Shown piece by piece: positions 32,311-34,414 of a stretch of DNA of 34,414 nucleotides. Position 1 is the first letter of the stretch; every line of letters begins with the position of its first letter. Source of the DNA: Dehalococcoidia bacterium. GTDB taxonomy: Bacteria; Chloroflexota; Dehalococcoidia; E44-bin15. The position numbers and the translations under genes were made by a program. Location of the stretch: the NCBI GenBank assembly GCA_004376075.1, contig SOJQ01000018.1:1-34414 (forward strand), read 5' to 3'. The notes beneath the pieces were generated by a model. It was not told the origin of the DNA. It saw nothing but the letters and a program-made list of their open reading frames with translations, and made no database searches.

Positions 32311-33588
32311 TCAGTCTGACCCCACTCTCATTTCGATAACCTTATTTTGGGTGTCAAGCAAGATGATTCTGTTTGGCTCGAGGTCATGGGCTAACATAAC
32401 ATGAGAGCCCACAATAGAATTGGGGCCGATTCTAGCCCCGGGCATGATGCTGACATTGATCCCAGTTTTTGAATCGGCGCCCATTATCACCCCCAGCTTT
32501 TCCAACCCCGTATCTATGGTCTCATCGCCGCTCCTAATTTTGACCTCCCTCTCATCGAAACGAAGGTTAGCGGTTATCGTTCCCGCGCCAAAGGAGCAGC
32601 GGTCAGCGATTACGGAATCGCCAATGTAGTTTCGATGAAACCAGCATCCATCCCCGATATAGGAGTGCTTGATCTCGGTGGAGAATCCCACCACGCAGTT
32701 CTCACCGATATGAGAGCGATCCCGAATCAGCACACTGTTCCCGATCACCGAGTTTTTCCCTATATAGCAAGGCCCTCTGATCACCGCGTTCTCCAGAACG
32801 GTGACGCCCTCATCGATAATCACATCGCCCTCGATGGTAGCCCTCTCCGAGATCTTCGCTGTTTTTGCAATGCCCCCTTTGCTGCGACCCAGGAAATGCT
32901 CCATCACGGCAAAGATGTGCCACGGATATTTGATGGGACCCCAGAAATCGCCATAATCCACCAGTTTCAATTTGTGCCCCTTTTTGATCATGCCCTCCAA
33001 AGCCTGCTCATAGGCATCATCCCTTGTGCTTTCTACCTCCAGGCAGTGGAAAAGGGCCTGGGCATCGCTATGAAGATGAACCACCATGTTCACCACATCG
33101 CTGGGCCTCTCCCCCCTCTCGGGCTTTTCCACGATGTGTTGAATCTCCCTTTTTTCGTTCACTATCAAATATCCACCGGGGAAGTATTTCTCGACCTTTG
33201 CGCCGAGTATATAAGAGGTTGCCGATTCTTTTTTTCGTTCTTTAAGAATGGCGCTGTAGGCTGATTTCTCGAAGACATCGCTGGGGTTAACCACAAGGAT
33301 CTCGCCTTCAAGGAGGTTTTGGGCGCTTTTGAGAGCACCAGCCATCCCCGATGGCTCCCTTTGGGTGGCAAGATCGATGCCAGTGCTGGAGAATTTTCCA
33401 ACGATCTCGCTCAATCTCTCGATGTTTTGCTGATTTCCTACGATGACAATGTCATTAAGCCCGGCAGCCAAAGCTTGCTCAATCTGGTGCTCGAGCAAAG
33501 TCCTCCCCAGAAACTTGAGCAGGAACTTATCCTCGGTAATGGGAAACATCCTTTTCCCAGCACCGCCACATAGGAAAACAACTTTCAC
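32311..33588 (-). CDS. Sugar-phosphate nucleotidyltransferase with a C-terminal left-handed beta-helix acyltransferase domain (archaeal-type GlmU-like)
   Basis: LCGGAGKRMFPIT is a GxGxR nucleotidyltransferase loop. The C-terminal hexapeptide repeats read IEGDVIIDEGVTVLENAVIRGPCYIGKNSVIGNSVLI... The gene lies 25 nt upstream of glmS. Confidence 0.75.
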   Translation of the reverse strand: MKVVFLCGGAGKRMFPITEDKFLLKFLGRTLLEHQIEQALAAGLNDIVIVGNQQNIERLSEIVGKFSSTGIDLATQREPSGMAGALKSAQNLLEGEILVVNPSDVFEKSAYSAILKERKKESATSYILGAKVEKYFPGGYLIVNEKREIQHIVEKPERGERPSDVVNMVVHLHSDAQALFHCLEVESTRDDAYEQALEGMIKKGHKLKLVDYGDFWGPIKYPWHIFAVMEHFLGRSKGGIAKTAKISERATIEGDVIIDEGVTVLENAVIRGPCYIGKNSVIGNSVLIRDRSHIGENCVVGFSTEIKHSYIGDGCWFHRNYIGDSVIADRCSFGAGTITANLRFDEREVKIRSGDETIDTGLEKLGVIMGADSKTGINVSIMPGARIGPNSIVGSHVMLAHDLEPNRIILLDTQNKVIEMRVGSD

Positions 33589-33602
33589 CCCTCACCTCGA
33601 TC

Positions 33603-34298
33603 TTAGTAGATTATTTCGATCCTACGAAAGGCTTCAGCCAGGGGCAAACCCTGGCCCTGTCCTATTTTAGAGGCCCTCCCCTCGATCCACCGTTTCAAAT
33701 TCTCCGCATGTTGAGCCACCTGGCTGGCGTGACAGTCAAGGGCAGCCAACTTGAGGGAGAGGGTTTCACTTATATCAATAAAGGTATCTGGCTCCTCCGA
33801 TCCCCAGAGATAGATCTCCTTAACCCTGTGGGGCGACAAACCCTCGGCGATATGCTCGGGGTAAGAAAGGCGATCTCGGGCATAGGGGAAGATGGCATCC
33901 AGGGTGACAGTGCCCGTGATCCGATGGTCGCGGTGCCAGAGGTATCTGCGGTAGGGGTCGGTGGTCATCACCACATCGGGGCGGTACTCCCTGATCAGTC
34001 GCACTAGCTCACCACGGAAAGAGGAGGTATCCTCCAAAGCTCCGTCGGGGTAGCCGAGAAAGATAACCTCCTTAACCCCCAATGTCTTCGCTGCCTCCCT
34101 CTGCTCCCGCTGCCGAATCTGGGCCAGCCTCTCTGGGGTCATCTCTGGATCGGAGCTTCCTTTATCACCGTTGGTGCACACCACATAGACCACCTCTCGC
34201 CCCTCCCCGACCCAGGAGGCAATCGTTCCCCCCGCACCGATCTCGGCATCATCGGGATGAGGGGTGACCACCATCACCCTTATCGCTAACTCTGCCAT
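33603..34298 (-). CDS. PIG-L/LmbE family N-acetylglucosaminyl deacetylase
   Basis: VMVVTPHPDDAEIGAGGTIASW...VVCTNGDKGS...HRDH are the PIG-L family metal-binding motifs. Confidence 0.85.
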   Translation of the reverse strand: MAELAIRVMVVTPHPDDAEIGAGGTIASWVGEGREVVYVVCTNGDKGSSDPEMTPERLAQIRQREQREAAKTLGVKEVIFLGYPDGALEDTSSFRGELVRLIREYRPDVVMTTDPYRRYLWHRDHRITGTVTLDAIFPYARDRLSYPEHIAEGLSPHRVKEIYLWGSEEPDTFIDISETLSLKLAALDCHASQVAQHAENLKRWIEGRASKIGQGQGLPLAEAFRRIEIIY

Positions 34299-34329
34299 TG
34301 GGCGCCATCCTGAAAAGCCATTATATTGG

Positions 34330-34359
34330 ATTGTAGCCGAGTGATGGTTCGGCTACAAT
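34330..34359. repeat. Perfect 11-bp inverted repeat with an 8-nt spacer (ATTGTAGCCGA-N8-TCGGCTACAAT); it reads as TTGTAG-17-TACAAT on both strands
   Basis: Read directly from the sequence. It lies 32-61 nt upstream of the PIG-L ATG. A separate TATAAT (reverse strand, 34320-34325) lies between it and the gene. Confidence 0.6.
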
Positions 34360-34371
34360 AAACCCAAGGGA

Positions 34372-34400
34372 AATGGAAGCCAATGGAAGCCAAAGGAAGG
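34372..34400 (+). repeat. Short tandem repeat AATGGAAGCC x2 plus a degenerate third copy (AAAGGAAGG)
   Basis: Read directly from the sequence. It is in the noncoding stretch at the right window edge. Confidence 0.6.
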
Positions 34401-34414
34401 ATTTCACTCCGCAA

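Noticed and set aside
34372-34400. Tandem 10-mers considered as the start of a CRISPR array
   Set aside because: The units are 10 nt long with no spacers, and there are no cas genes. This is not CRISPR architecture.

Overview
This is a 34.4-kb, gene-dense (about 90% coding) bacterial chromosomal window. It is moderately GC-rich, has strong AGGAGG-type Shine-Dalgarno sites, and carries several near-consensus sigma70 promoters (TTGACA-17-TATAAT type). I saw no rRNA, tRNA, CRISPR array, integrase or transposase. All calls rest on motifs read by eye; no database search was run.

Gene content, left to right:
- a MerR-type regulator followed by two radical SAM/SPASM genes (NirJ/Ahb-like)
- a decayed GGDEF/HD-GYP relic
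- a TetR / QueG-like / nitroreductase unit
- an ORF-free gap of about 0.9 kb
- an Fe-S protein / ferredoxin / unknown-protein operon
- an internally deleted acyl-CoA dehydrogenase relic
- a BcrB/BcrC-like (2-hydroxyacyl-CoA dehydratase / benzoyl-CoA reductase family) pair with no ATPase activator gene
- two tandem PAC2-family genes plus a coiled-coil gene
- an AbrB/RelE-type toxin-antitoxin pair
- an MBL hydrolase
- a tightly coupled six-gene operon: DUF1015, PP1-like phosphatase, MBL, CinA/PncC, NUDIX, eIF-2B-family isomerase
- two NMO/FabK-like flavoenzymes flanking a (Thr-Pro)n lipoprotein with three repeated modules and an MFS transporter
- two thiolases, a DUF35 protein and an acyl-CoA dehydrogenase
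- a NuoE-like fragment
- a PIG-L deacetylase / GlmU-like / GlmS operon

The gene set suggests an anaerobic acyl-CoA-metabolising organism, possibly Chloroflexota/Dehalococcoidia-like. That assignment is inference only.

The most interesting candidates are:
- the PAC2 pair plus coiled-coil module, with no proteasome genes nearby
- the activator-less BcrBC-like pair next to an uncharacterised Fe-S operon
- the six-gene operon of nucleotide-processing enzymes
- three gene-rearrangement scars
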